The notes: generated by a model not told the origin, from the letters alone. DNA of 64,000 nt from an uncultured Acidobacteriota bacterium (GCA_963849205.1 CAWKGP010000005.1:252406-316405), one strand, 5' to 3'; shown: positions 42,699 through 51,706, numbered from the stretch's first letter. Numbers and translations: made by a program.

Positions 42699-43622
42699 AT
42701 GGCTAGCAGGAATGGAACGAAGGCGCGGACGTCGGCTCGACGTACTGAAGTAAAGAAAATTGAACAGCCGAAATCGCCGATGCCGGCACAGCATCAACGC
42801 AAGCCGGGCGTCGAAGCGAAACTGGAACCGCGGCCACGTTACAAAGCGCCGCACTATACAGGTGCGGGGAAACTAAAAGAGAAGGTTGCGCTGATCACCG
42901 GCGGTGATTCCGGTATTGGTCGGGCCGTGGCAGTGCTTTTCGCTCGTGAAGGAGCAGACATCGCCTTCACTTATTTGAAGCCCGAAAAGCAAGACGCCGA
43001 AGAGACAAAGCGTGCGATTGAGGCTGAGGGCCAACGTGCTTATCCACTTACAGGTGATGTGCGTGATCCAAAAGTCTGCAAGAAGATGGTTGAGAAAACA
43101 GTTGAAGAGTTTGGAAAGCTCGACATCCTGGTCAACAACGCTGCTTTTCAACAGCATCAGGAAACTCTCGAAGACGTGACCGAAGAGCAGTGGGACCGAA
43201 CATTCAAAACAAACATCTACGCTTACTTCTATATGACCAAAGCGGCCCTCCCACACCTCGAAGAGGGAAGCGCAATTGTAAATACAGGATCGATCACGGG
43301 TCTCGAAGGAAGCAAAGAATTACTCGACTACGCTTCGACGAAAGGCGCCATTCACGCGTTTACAAAATCGTTGGCGCAGAATCTGGTCGAACGTGGAATT
43401 AGAGTGAACTGTGTGGCGCCTGGACCAGTCTGGACGCCATTGAATCCCGCGGATAAGAAACCGGAAGACGTGGCCCAATTCGGCGCCGACACGCCGATGA
43501 AGCGTCCCGCTCAACCGGAAGAGATCGCGCCGGCTTATGTCTATTTCGCATCGGAAGCTGATTCTAGTTATGTAACTGGAGAAGTTCTAACTTTACTTGG
43601 AGGCGAAACAACCGCGGCTTAA
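42699..43622 (+). CDS. SDR-family oxidoreductase (YdaD/YhxC general-stress-protein-39-like)
   Basis: KVALITGGDSGIGRAVAVLFAREGADIAFTYL, NNAA, and the Y-x3-K site YASTKGAIHAFTK. Confidence 0.9.
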   Translation: MASRNGTKARTSARRTEVKKIEQPKSPMPAQHQRKPGVEAKLEPRPRYKAPHYTGAGKLKEKVALITGGDSGIGRAVAVLFAREGADIAFTYLKPEKQDAEETKRAIEAEGQRAYPLTGDVRDPKVCKKMVEKTVEEFGKLDILVNNAAFQQHQETLEDVTEEQWDRTFKTNIYAYFYMTKAALPHLEEGSAIVNTGSITGLEGSKELLDYASTKGAIHAFTKSLAQNLVERGIRVNCVAPGPVWTPLNPADKKPEDVAQFGADTPMKRPAQPEEIAPAYVYFASEADSSYVTGEVLTLLGGETTAA

Positions 43623-43676
43623 GTGCGGTATGACCGCAGTGCGGTTATGGGCCGCTAATCATCAGGAGGAGAAAAC

Positions 43677-43832
43677 ATGGCAGACGATAGCAGCAGTGCA
43701 GCGAGCACCGGAATCATCGCAATTCTCGTGATCTTCGTGATCCTTGTGGTAGGCGCGTTGTTTGTGTTTGGAGGCCGGTGGTTTGGCGGCAATAAGAAGA
43801 TCGACGTAAATATCGGAACGCCTGCGAAGTAG
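43677..43832 (+). CDS. Unlisted 51-aa small membrane protein (hypothetical)
   Basis: AGGAGGAG lies 6 nt upstream of ATG 43677. Product: MADDSSSAASTGIIAILVIFVILVVGALFVFGGRWFGGNKKIDVNIGTPAK, stop TAG 43830-43832. Confidence 0.5.
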   Translation: MADDSSSAASTGIIAILVIFVILVVGALFVFGGRWFGGNKKIDVNIGTPAK

Positions 43833-43839
43833 TTGTGTC

Positions 43840-45363
43840 ATGCGAGACGATTCACAGGCAACAACATCCATTTGGATGGCGACGGCAAACACGCCATCTC
43901 AATCACCATTAAAGGAAAGCATCCGCACCGATATCTGCATTATCGGTGCGGGGATTGCCGGGTTGACGACGGCTTTCCTGCTGGGAAGAGAAGGACGTTC
44001 AGTCGTTGTGCTGGACGATGGAGGGATTGGCGGTGGTATGACTGGTCGCACCACCGCCCATCTAACTAATGCTTTTGACGATCGGTACGTGGAGATGGAG
44101 AGGCTGCATGGTGCAGAAGCGTCGCGCTTAACAGCCGAAAGTCACACGGCAGCGATCGATAAGATCGCTGAGATCGTTTCTTCAGAGAAGATCGATTGTG
44201 GTTTCGAGTGGGTTGATGGATTTTTATTCGGAGCAACACCCGACGAAGTTGAGTTGCTCAACGACGAGCTGGCTGCGGCGCATCGTGCGGGGCTGACTGA
44301 AGTTGAGAAAGTCACCCGCGCACCGATCGAATCTTTCGACACGGGCGTAGCGTTGCGTTTTCCGCGCCAGGCGCAGTTTCATCCGCTCGAGTATCTCAAC
44401 GGTCTCACACGTGCGTTCGTGCGTGATGGTGGCCGTATTTTTGGACAAACACATGCGACGAAGATCGAAGGCGGAACCGAGGCTCGCATTGAAACCAGCC
44501 ATGGTCCGGTTGTGACCAGCGAAGTTGTCGTTGTGGCCACGAATACGCCTGTAAACGATCTGGTTGCGATTCACACGAAGCAGGCACCTTACGTCACCTA
44601 CGCGATCGGCGTGAGAGTTCCAAAAGGCTCTGTGACGCGCGCGCTTTACTGGGACTCCGGAGATCCGTATCACTACGTGCGACTTCAATCTGAGAATTCT
44701 TCAGACGTTCTCATCGTCGGCGGTGAAGATCACAAGACCGGACAAGCCAACGATGGCGATGAGCGATTCGCGAAGCTCGAGCAATGGACGCGTGAACGTT
44801 TCCCGCAAATGATCGAAGTTGAATATCGCTGGTCAGGACAAGTCATGGAACCGGTCGACGGTCTCGCCTTCATCGGGCGAAATCCGCTCGACGACGACAA
44901 CGTTTACATTGCGACGGGTGATTCCGGACAAGGCATGACTCACGGCACTATCGCCGGAATGTTACTGACTGATTTGATTCAGGGACGCGAGAACAAGTGG
45001 GAAGATCTTTACAATCCTTCACGAATCCGGCTGAAGTCGCTTCCTGAATATGCGTCGGAGAATATCAACGTTGCTGGACAGTATGCTGATTACGTCACGG
45101 CGGGTGATATCAAATCGGAAGCAGAGTTGAAACCAGGCGAGGGAGCGATCATGCGCGAAGGCGTTTCGAAGATCGCCGTATACCGTGACGAAGCCGGCAC
45201 AATACACAAACTCTCAGCGGCGTGCCCGCACCTTGGCTGCGTCGTGGCTTGGAACTCAACCGAGCAAACCTGGGATTGTCCTTGCCACGGTTCGCGGTTC
45301 GGCGCGAACGGCCACGTTTATCAGGGACCCGCTAATAGTAATTTGGCTGAAGTTGAAGAATAA
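43840..45363 (+). CDS. FAD-dependent oxidoreductase fused to a C-terminal Rieske [2Fe-2S] domain
   Basis: DICIIGAGIAGLTTAFLL (dinucleotide fold) and the Rieske box CPHLGCVVAWNSTEQTWDCPCHGSRF. Confidence 0.88.
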   Translation: MRDDSQATTSIWMATANTPSQSPLKESIRTDICIIGAGIAGLTTAFLLGREGRSVVVLDDGGIGGGMTGRTTAHLTNAFDDRYVEMERLHGAEASRLTAESHTAAIDKIAEIVSSEKIDCGFEWVDGFLFGATPDEVELLNDELAAAHRAGLTEVEKVTRAPIESFDTGVALRFPRQAQFHPLEYLNGLTRAFVRDGGRIFGQTHATKIEGGTEARIETSHGPVVTSEVVVVATNTPVNDLVAIHTKQAPYVTYAIGVRVPKGSVTRALYWDSGDPYHYVRLQSENSSDVLIVGGEDHKTGQANDGDERFAKLEQWTRERFPQMIEVEYRWSGQVMEPVDGLAFIGRNPLDDDNVYIATGDSGQGMTHGTIAGMLLTDLIQGRENKWEDLYNPSRIRLKSLPEYASENINVAGQYADYVTAGDIKSEAELKPGEGAIMREGVSKIAVYRDEAGTIHKLSAACPHLGCVVAWNSTEQTWDCPCHGSRFGANGHVYQGPANSNLAEVEE

Positions 45364-45423
45364 TCCGTTCATCCGTGTTACCTGTAGTTAGAAAGCCACA
45401 GATAACACGGATTTTTTGCGGAT
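45364..45423. repeat. Hairpin repeat, family E
   Basis: atccgtgttacctgtag ... ccacagataacacggat, with flanking ccgttcatccgtg / cacggattttttgcggatt. It lies between convergent genes. Confidence 0.75.
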
Positions 45424-45569
45424 TAAACAGCTCGACGACCACTTACGAGGTTGATTACCAGAACCACCACTGCAACGACGAGCAGCAGGTGGATGAGACC
45501 TCCACCGACGTTTGACAGCAATCCAATCAGCCACAAGACCAACAGAATCACTAGAATTGTCCACAGCAT
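45423..45569 (-). CDS. Unlisted 48-aa lmo0937-family small membrane protein
   Basis: GAAGGAG lies upstream of ATG 45569. Product: MLWTILVILLVLWLIGLLSNVGGGLIHLLLVVAVVVLVINLVSGRRAV, which matches the widespread MLWTI...GGLIH...GRR family pattern. Confidence 0.7.
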   Translation of the reverse strand: MLWTILVILLVLWLIGLLSNVGGGLIHLLLVVAVVVLVINLVSGRRAV

Positions 45570-45746
45570 GATCGAAATCTCCTTCTTGAAACTTCCTTAA
45601 AAACCGTTGACCGGAGTAACTCAAGTGCAACGGTCATGCCAACGTGGAACTCTGCATTATGGCCCGATCAACCCAGGTGCCTGCATTACAATCATCCGCT
45701 TTTTAAAGCTCCGGTTGAGTTATGTGTCGAATCCGTTCGCTAGGGC

Positions 45747-45776
45747 TTGAACAGATCCGGTTAAACTGATTATGAT
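45747..45776 (+). promoter_or_regulatory. Candidate sigma-70-type promoter for the gas-vesicle cluster
   Basis: TTGAAC (45747-45752), 18-nt spacer, TATGAT (45771-45776), about 75 nt upstream of the first gvp start. This is a pattern match only. Confidence 0.25.
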
Positions 45777-45851
45777 TCATAGCGTAGTCAATCCCATCAC
45801 TCTGTAGCGCCCGAATCGAGCGGCAACGGGGCGCAAAATTCGGATAACAAA

Positions 45852-46670
45852 ATGAATCGAGAAGCAGAACCAGCTCCTGTCGAACAAGTTTCTGAAGGCA
45901 AGTACGTCTACTGCATTATCGAGACCGCCGAACCTCGTTCGTTCGGTCCGATGGGCATCGGCGGCCGCGGCGACGACGTTTACACCGTTCATCACAAGGG
46001 ACTCGCCGCCGTCGTTTCGCATACACCACTCGTGGTTTACGATCCGACACGCGAGAACGTGTTCGCACACGAACAGGTGAACGAAACGGTGATGCGCGAG
46101 TTTACGGTGTTGCCGATGGCGTTCGGCGCGTTGTTCCGGACGGAAGACGACATTGTCGAGTTAATTCGTGGCACCTACGACGCCTTGCGCGATGTGTTGG
46201 CAAAGATGGAAGGCAAGGTGGAGTTTGGTCTCAAGGTCAACTGGGATCGCGACAAGGTAACTGCCGAACTGGAAGAAAAAGACGACGAAATCCGGCACCT
46301 CAAAGAACAGATCGTTTCACGCACCACGGGTTCGACGTATTTTGCTCGTATGCAGCTGGGCCGGTTGATCGAGACGGCGTTGACCGATCAGGCTGATGCT
46401 TACATCCGTGAAGTTTATTCACAGTTACGCGACACCGCAGTTGCTTCGCGTGCGAATAAACCGATCGGCGACCGCATGATCATGAATGCGGCATTTCTGA
46501 TCGAACGCGATCGAGAGGCGGAGTTTGACCAGAAAGTAAAAGAGATTGCGTCGAAGTACGAAGGCAAGCTCTCGTTCAAGTACACCGGACCCTGGCCGCC
46601 GTATAATTTCGTTCACATTCGTCTCAAGCTCGAACGAGGCGAGGGTGGTGCCGAGGCTGTAGCAAGCTAA
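45852..46670 (+). CDS. Gas vesicle protein, GvpF/GvpL family (copy 1)
   Basis: YVYCIIETAEPRSFGPMGIGGRGDDVYTVHHKGLAAVVS, VLPMAFGALF, and C-terminal KYTGPWPPYNF. Confidence 0.88.
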   Translation: MNREAEPAPVEQVSEGKYVYCIIETAEPRSFGPMGIGGRGDDVYTVHHKGLAAVVSHTPLVVYDPTRENVFAHEQVNETVMREFTVLPMAFGALFRTEDDIVELIRGTYDALRDVLAKMEGKVEFGLKVNWDRDKVTAELEEKDDEIRHLKEQIVSRTTGSTYFARMQLGRLIETALTDQADAYIREVYSQLRDTAVASRANKPIGDRMIMNAAFLIERDREAEFDQKVKEIASKYEGKLSFKYTGPWPPYNFVHIRLKLERGEGGAEAVAS

Positions 46671-46686
46671 TCCACAGATTACGCAG

Positions 46687-47022
46687 ATGTTTTTGATTGA
46701 CGACTTATTACTGGCGCCCGTCAACGGGTTCAAGTTCATTCTTGGTCAGATCCAGAAGATGGCCGATCAGGAACTGAACGACGATACTGTCATCAAGGAA
46801 CAGTTACTCGAACTGCAGATGCGTTACGAGTTGGAGGAGATCTCCGACGAAGAATTCAAGGAGCGCGAAGCAGAGTTGTTCGCGCGCTTGCGAGTGATCA
46901 AGATGCGGCAACTTGATCTGATGCACGAAGCGACGGCGCACACGGCCGACTCTTCGAGTTTCGTCATCGAAGTCGGCGGCGACGACCAGGGCGGGTTTGA
47001 CGAACCGCGCGACAAAGGTTGA
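46687..47022 (+). CDS. gvpG: Gas vesicle protein G
   Basis: MFLIDDLLLAPVNGFKFILGQIQKMADQEL...LLELQMRYELEEISDEEFKEREAELFARL. Confidence 0.8.
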   Translation: MFLIDDLLLAPVNGFKFILGQIQKMADQELNDDTVIKEQLLELQMRYELEEISDEEFKEREAELFARLRVIKMRQLDLMHEATAHTADSSSFVIEVGGDDQGGFDEPRDKG

Positions 47023-48974
47023 AAGCGCGTTATCTTTTCTTTGGCGGCAAGGGTGGCGTCGGCAAGACGACTGCCGCGTCTGCAACAGCTCTCTTTCTCC
47101 TCAATCAGCTCAAGCGAACCGAATCCATTCTCCTGTTCTCGACTGATCCCGCGCACTCTCTTTCTGACAGTCTCGACGTCAAAATCGGTAATCGACTGGT
47201 CGAGGTAAAACAACTTCGTGGTGCGCGACTGTTTGCTTACGAGATGGACGCGAGTCTTGCGCTCGAGAGGTTTCGTGCCGCGCATGGCAAGGTGCTGGCC
47301 GAGATTGCAGAGCGAGGAACCTTGCTCGACGAGGAAGACATAAACGAGTTGTTGAGTCTTTCTCTCCCCGGACTCGATGAAGTGATGTCGCTTTTCGAAT
47401 TGAGCGAGTTGGATCGCGAGGGAAAGTACGCTCATATCGTCGTAGATACTGCGCCGTCTGGTCACACGACGCGCTTGCTGCGTTTACCGGAAGTTTTCGA
47501 TCGTGCAGTGAGAGCGATGGATCTGATGGGTGAGAAGCATCGTTACATGGTCGCCCACTTTGCGCGGCGCCGTGTGGTTGCCGATGAGGTCGATATCTTT
47601 CTGCGCGATCTGAGTAAGAGAATCGAAGGCGTGCGCACATTGCTTCACGATCGAGAGCAGACGAGTTTTACGCTTGTATCGATTCCGGAGGCGATGAGTG
47701 TTCTTGAAACGCAGAGATATTTTGAGCTTCTTACTGAGCAGGGTGTGCCGGTCACGGATTTGATCGTCAATCGCGTCGAGCAGGAGCATGACGGTTGTGC
47801 GTACTGTCATGCGCGCGTCAGGACCCAGCGACCATGGATTAAGCAAATTGCCTCGACGTTTCACGATCTGAAAATTCATTATCTTCCGTTGCAGTCGAAG
47901 GAAGTGCGCGGTATTGACGATTTGAAAAAAATCGGCAAGCTGATTTGGACAGACGAATTTGGGCCACAGATGACACGGATAAAAAATCCGGATTTAAAAT
48001 CCGTGTCATCCGTGCCCCAGTCTTCCTTCAGCTTGGACGCGCGTAAGATAGTGCTTTTTGGTGGGAAGGGAGGTGTTGGCAAGACGACTGCTGCGGCTGC
48101 ATACGCGATCGCGTTGGCTCGCAAAAATCCTGAACAGAAGTTACTGGTATTCTCAACCGATCCGGCCCACTCGCTGTCAGACAGTTTTGACGAAGGAAGT
48201 CTGCCGAATCTCGATGTAATGGAGATCGATCCGGGAAAGTGGTTTGAGGAGTTGAAGGAGCGCTACAGATCCTGGACTGATGAGTTGTTTGCGTCGTTAT
48301 CAGGTGGATCGCGGATGGAGATCAAGTTTGATCGCGAAGCGATGCGTGAGCTTGTGGAACTCACGCCGCCGGGTATTGATGAGATTGCGGCGCTCGGGAC
48401 GATCAGCGATCTGCTGGATCTCGAACGTTACCAGACGCTCATTCTTGATACTGCGCCCACAGGCCACCTGGTACGGTTTCTGGAGTTGCCGCAGGTTGCG
48501 CTTTCCTGGATCAGGACGTTCATCAAGTTGCTGTTAAAGTACAAGGACGTAATGCGCGCCGATCAGGTGGCTGAAGAGCTGGTGGCATTATCGAAGAGTA
48601 TAAAGAAAGTGATTGCGTTGTTGACTGACCCGGAGCGTTGCGAGTTTGTGGGTGTCGCGATTCCTGAGCGGATGAGTCTGGAAGAGACTGCGGATCTGGC
48701 GAAGTCACTTGAAAAGCTGAATGTGCCGTTGAAGAGACTATTAATTAACGGCCTCGTTCCCGAGAATGATTGTAAGTTTTGCGGGTCGAGACGAAAAATG
48801 CAAAACGAAGTCGTTGCGGAGTTTCAGAAAAAGTTTCGGCGGCGATCGGTGGAGATCTTTGTGGCCCCGCAGCAACCGCAAGAGATCAGAGGCGCAAAAG
48901 CTTTGCTAGAGCATTTTCAGGCCTGGGAGAAGGTTTCACGCAAAGACGCAAAGGCAGCGAAGGCGCAAAGGTAA
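47019..48974 (+). CDS. Tandem (pseudo-dimeric) Get3/TRC40/ArsA-family P-loop ATPase embedded in the gvp cluster
   Basis: Two complete halves. Each has GGKGGVGKTTAA, STDPAHSLSDS and DTAP(S/T)GH, plus one CxxC (CAYC in half 1, CKFC in half 2). TTG 47019 overlaps the gvpG stop by 4 nt. Confidence 0.9.
   Translation: MKARYLFFGGKGGVGKTTAASATALFLLNQLKRTESILLFSTDPAHSLSDSLDVKIGNRLVEVKQLRGARLFAYEMDASLALERFRAAHGKVLAEIAERGTLLDEEDINELLSLSLPGLDEVMSLFELSELDREGKYAHIVVDTAPSGHTTRLLRLPEVFDRAVRAMDLMGEKHRYMVAHFARRRVVADEVDIFLRDLSKRIEGVRTLLHDREQTSFTLVSIPEAMSVLETQRYFELLTEQGVPVTDLIVNRVEQEHDGCAYCHARVRTQRPWIKQIASTFHDLKIHYLPLQSKEVRGIDDLKKIGKLIWTDEFGPQMTRIKNPDLKSVSSVPQSSFSLDARKIVLFGGKGGVGKTTAAAAYAIALARKNPEQKLLVFSTDPAHSLSDSFDEGSLPNLDVMEIDPGKWFEELKERYRSWTDELFASLSGGSRMEIKFDREAMRELVELTPPGIDEIAALGTISDLLDLERYQTLILDTAPTGHLVRFLELPQVALSWIRTFIKLLLKYKDVMRADQVAEELVALSKSIKKVIALLTDPERCEFVGVAIPERMSLEETADLAKSLEKLNVPLKRLLINGLVPENDCKFCGSRRKMQNEVVAEFQKKFRRRSVEIFVAPQQPQEIRGAKALLEHFQAWEKVSRKDAKAAKAQR
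47964..48016. repeat. Family-E hairpin repeat located in frame inside the Get3-like ORF (inter-half linker)
   Basis: ccacagatgacacggataaaaaatccggatttaaaatccgtgtcatccgtg aligns along its length with the intergenic copy at 1026-1085. It is translated as GPQMTRIKNPDLKSVSSVP. Confidence 0.85.
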
Positions 48975-49011
48975 GCGATTAACTTTGCTCCCTTTGCGTC
49001 TTTGCGTGAAA
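48933..49011. repeat. Hairpin repeat, family A, inside the gvp cluster
   Basis: gtttcacgcaaagacgcaaaggcagcgaaggcgcaaagg ... ctttgctccctttgcgtctttgcgtgaaa. It encodes the last 13 codons of the ATPase (VSRKDAKAAKAQR) and ends 15 nt before the next start. Confidence 0.9.
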
Positions 49012-49025
49012 ATAAGCCGAAGAGA

Positions 49026-49838
49026 ATGAACGAGCATATCTACTACGTCTATTGTATCGCCGAGAGCGCGGCCGTTGCGCAACTACCTGCCGATTCACTT
49101 CCGGCCGCTATCGAGGAGGACGCAAAGCTCGAATGGATCTCGGTTAATACGCTTGCGGCGCTCACTAGCCGCGTTCCCGAGAGCAGTTACAGCGAAGAAC
49201 AACTATCCGAGCATCTGACCGACGCCACCTGGACCGCTATTCGCGCAATGCGTCATGAGACCGTAGTCGAGCACGTCGCCAAACGCGTGACTGCCATTCC
49301 TTTGCGTTTCGGAACGATTTATCTGGAACGTGAAGGTATCGAACAAATGCTCACCGAGAAGGGCCGCGAGCTCGAATTGATCATCGAGCAGTTGCGTGGA
49401 CGTGAAGAGTGGGGCGTCAACGTTTACTCCGATCGCGCGGTGTTGCTATCGAGCATCACGTCGGTTAGTCCTGTCCTGCGCGAGATGGTCGAACGTGCTG
49501 AGAAGGCGTCGCCAGGTCAGTCGTATCTCATGCAGAAGAAGATCGATGCGTTGAAGGTTGATGAAGCACGCGCGGCTGTCAATCGCATCGTCGATCAGAT
49601 TGAAGAGAAGCTCAAAGAGCAAAGCGACGACGGTCTGCGTTTGCGAATTCTAAAAGTTGAAACCACCGAACACGGTGAGCTGAAAGCAAAGTTTGCCTTT
49701 CTCGTGAAGCGATCGGGCTTTGAAGAGTTTCGTGACGCAGCGGAGCGTCTCGCGCAGGAGCATCAAGCCGCTGGGATACGTTTGGAGCTAACTGGCCCCT
49801 GGCCGGTATACAACTTCGTGACAGGATTCACAGGATGA
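49026..49838 (+). CDS. Gas vesicle protein, GvpF/GvpL family (copy 2)
   Basis: MNEHIYYVYCIAES, AIPLRFGTIY, and C-terminal LTGPWPVYNF. ATG 49026 is preferred over the listed 49002, which lies inside the hairpin. Confidence 0.85.
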   Translation: MNEHIYYVYCIAESAAVAQLPADSLPAAIEEDAKLEWISVNTLAALTSRVPESSYSEEQLSEHLTDATWTAIRAMRHETVVEHVAKRVTAIPLRFGTIYLEREGIEQMLTEKGRELELIIEQLRGREEWGVNVYSDRAVLLSSITSVSPVLREMVERAEKASPGQSYLMQKKIDALKVDEARAAVNRIVDQIEEKLKEQSDDGLRLRILKVETTEHGELKAKFAFLVKRSGFEEFRDAAERLAQEHQAAGIRLELTGPWPVYNFVTGFTG

Positions 49839-50053
49839 ACGATGTCGATCAGCTAATCATTACTGAAGAGTTTGAGAGCACCGATGTATCGCTTCTCGAA
49901 ACGCTGGATCACGTTCTCAATCGCGGAATGGTAATCGCGGGTGAGATAACGATCTCGGTTGCAGACATCGATCTAATCTTCGTCGGATTGAATGTTCTGG
50001 TTAGCTCGGTCGAGACGGCAAACGAAGTGGTGCGCAAGCGTGAAACGGAATGA
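49835..50053 (+). CDS. Small GvpA-family accessory gas vesicle protein (GvpM/GvpS/GvpJ-like, 72 aa)
   Basis: SLLETLDHVLNRGMVIAGEITISVADIDLIFVGLNVLVSSVETA is the GvpA-fold core. ATGA overlap with the upstream gene. Confidence 0.8.
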   Translation: MNDVDQLIITEEFESTDVSLLETLDHVLNRGMVIAGEITISVADIDLIFVGLNVLVSSVETANEVVRKRETE

Positions 50054-50760
50054 AGCTCTACGCCTACTGTCTTTGTGCTGACCTCGACACATTTGACAAC
50101 TCCGTCTCCGGCGTTTCTGAAGCAGCCGTGCGAGTGCTGAAGATCGGAGATGTTTCCGCGCTGGTCAGCGATTGCGAGTCGGTGCCAGTGACTCAGGAGA
50201 ATATGCTCGCTCATGCTGCCGTGGTCCGTAGTGTTTTAACTCGAACAACGCCAATGCCATTTCGGTTCGGAACACTTGCCACGGAACAACAACTCCAAAG
50301 TTTCATAACGACTAACAAGCTCGCGATTGCGAACAAACTCGCACACCTGCGCGGTTGTGTAGAAATGGACCTGAAAACAACCTGGCAACCTTCGCACAAA
50401 GCTCCCGCAAAGCCGGAACCTGCTCCGGGTCCCGGAACCGCATTTCTCAGGGAAAAGCGACGGGAATTCCTGGGCGATGAACAAGCCGCCGCTCAGCGTA
50501 ACGAATTATCGGAGTTCTTACGTACAGGGCTTGGTAGCCTGATAAAAGATGAAAAAATCGATGTCCTTCCGTCCGGAAAGCCGGTGTTGACCAAGGTATT
50601 TCACCTCGTCGAAAGCTCGAAAATAAAGGCGTATCGAGAAAGTGTGCAGAAACTGCGCGAGAAACGGCCTGAGCTGCAACTGGAAGTCAGCGGACCCTGG
50701 CCGCCGTATAGTTTTGCAAACATTGAGCTTGAGTTTCCATCTCAGTTCGGAGTAAGCTGA
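50050..50760 (+). CDS. Gas vesicle protein, GvpF/GvpL family (copy 3, shorter)
   Basis: MKLYAYCLC, TPMPFRFGTLA, and C-terminal VSGPWPPYSF. ATGA overlap upstream. Confidence 0.8.
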   Translation: MKLYAYCLCADLDTFDNSVSGVSEAAVRVLKIGDVSALVSDCESVPVTQENMLAHAAVVRSVLTRTTPMPFRFGTLATEQQLQSFITTNKLAIANKLAHLRGCVEMDLKTTWQPSHKAPAKPEPAPGPGTAFLREKRREFLGDEQAAAQRNELSEFLRTGLGSLIKDEKIDVLPSGKPVLTKVFHLVESSKIKAYRESVQKLREKRPELQLEVSGPWPPYSFANIELEFPSQFGVS

Positions 50761-51125
50761 TGACGTTTTCCCCCGAAAACCCCCAATCAGTTGAGCCGGA
50801 GACCGACACTGCGCACGTGGAGAAGGTCGTCGAAGAGTTGCGTTGTGTCACAGACACTTTGCCGTCGAGAATCAATATCGATGCGGAGAGTGTCGAGCAG
50901 GGCTTGGCGAAGCTGGTACTAACTCTGATCGAGTTCATCCGCCGTCTGTTGGAAAAACAGGCGGTCCGTCGCATGGAGGGCGGGGATCTCTCACCTGAAC
51001 AGATCGAAGAGCTAGGCCTGGCGCTTATGAAGTTGGAGGCGAAACTCCAGGAATTGAAATCTCAGTTCGGATTAGCTGATGAAGATCTCAATCTCGATCT
51101 CGGTCCAATCGGTCGTCTGATTTAG
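50760..51125 (+). CDS. gvpK: Gas vesicle protein K
   Basis: RINIDAESVEQGLAKLVLTLIEFIRRLLEKQAVRRMEGGDLSPEQIEELGLALMKLE. Its start overlaps the upstream stop (TGATG). Confidence 0.88.
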   Translation: MTFSPENPQSVEPETDTAHVEKVVEELRCVTDTLPSRINIDAESVEQGLAKLVLTLIEFIRRLLEKQAVRRMEGGDLSPEQIEELGLALMKLEAKLQELKSQFGLADEDLNLDLGPIGRLI

Positions 51126-51220
51126 CAGTACGCATTCGTGCTCGGCAAAGAGAGTCGTGTGATGGTGGCGGCCATCTAAGCTTTTTGAGTAAAGCCGCCC
51201 CCTGATATTGGAGGGCGAAA

Positions 51221-51619
51221 GTGTCCAGCGAGCGGTCTACCCTTATTACGGCCCGTCCCCCGGGCCTGGTTGATGTTCTCGACCGTATTCTTGACAAAGG
51301 ACTGGTGATTGCCGGTGACATCAAAGTGTCGTTGGCAAACGTAGAGCTACTTACGTTACAGATACGGCTTCTGGTGTGCTCAATCGATAAGGCTGAGCAG
51401 ATCGGCTTGAACTGGTGGCGCTACGATACAAATCTGACAACACGTGCCGAACGCGCAGAGGCTGAAAACGTAGAACTGCGTGAGCGGCTTTCGGAACTTG
51501 AACTGGAAATCAGAAAGCTCGCAACAGCCAATGTGGCTGCAGTTGTTCGCGAGCAGAATAGTCGCGTTGTACGCAAAGGCAAGGGAAAGCGTCGCAATAC
51601 GAGTCTTGATATGAAGTAG
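51221..51619 (+). CDS. gvpJ: Gas vesicle protein J-like (GvpA-family core plus charged coiled C-terminal tail)
   Basis: GLVDVLDRILDKGLVIAGDIKVSLANVELLTLQIRLLVCSIDKAEQIGLNWW. GTG start preceded by GGAGGG. Confidence 0.85.
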   Translation: MSSERSTLITARPPGLVDVLDRILDKGLVIAGDIKVSLANVELLTLQIRLLVCSIDKAEQIGLNWWRYDTNLTTRAERAEAENVELRERLSELELEIRKLATANVAAVVREQNSRVVRKGKGKRRNTSLDMK

Positions 51620-51706
51620 AAAGGTTTTTAAGAAGAGCAGTAAGCGCCGTCAATCCTCGCGCAGTATGCTCGTTTTTTCGAAACTAATAAAAAGGAACCG
51701 AAGCAA

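Noticed and set aside
47019-48974. The ArsA-like gene as an arsenite efflux ATPase
   Set aside because: No arsR, arsB, arsC or arsD genes are nearby. One CxxC per half resembles the Get3 zinc site rather than the ArsA metalloid-binding cysteines. The gene is translationally coupled to gvpG inside the gvp cluster.
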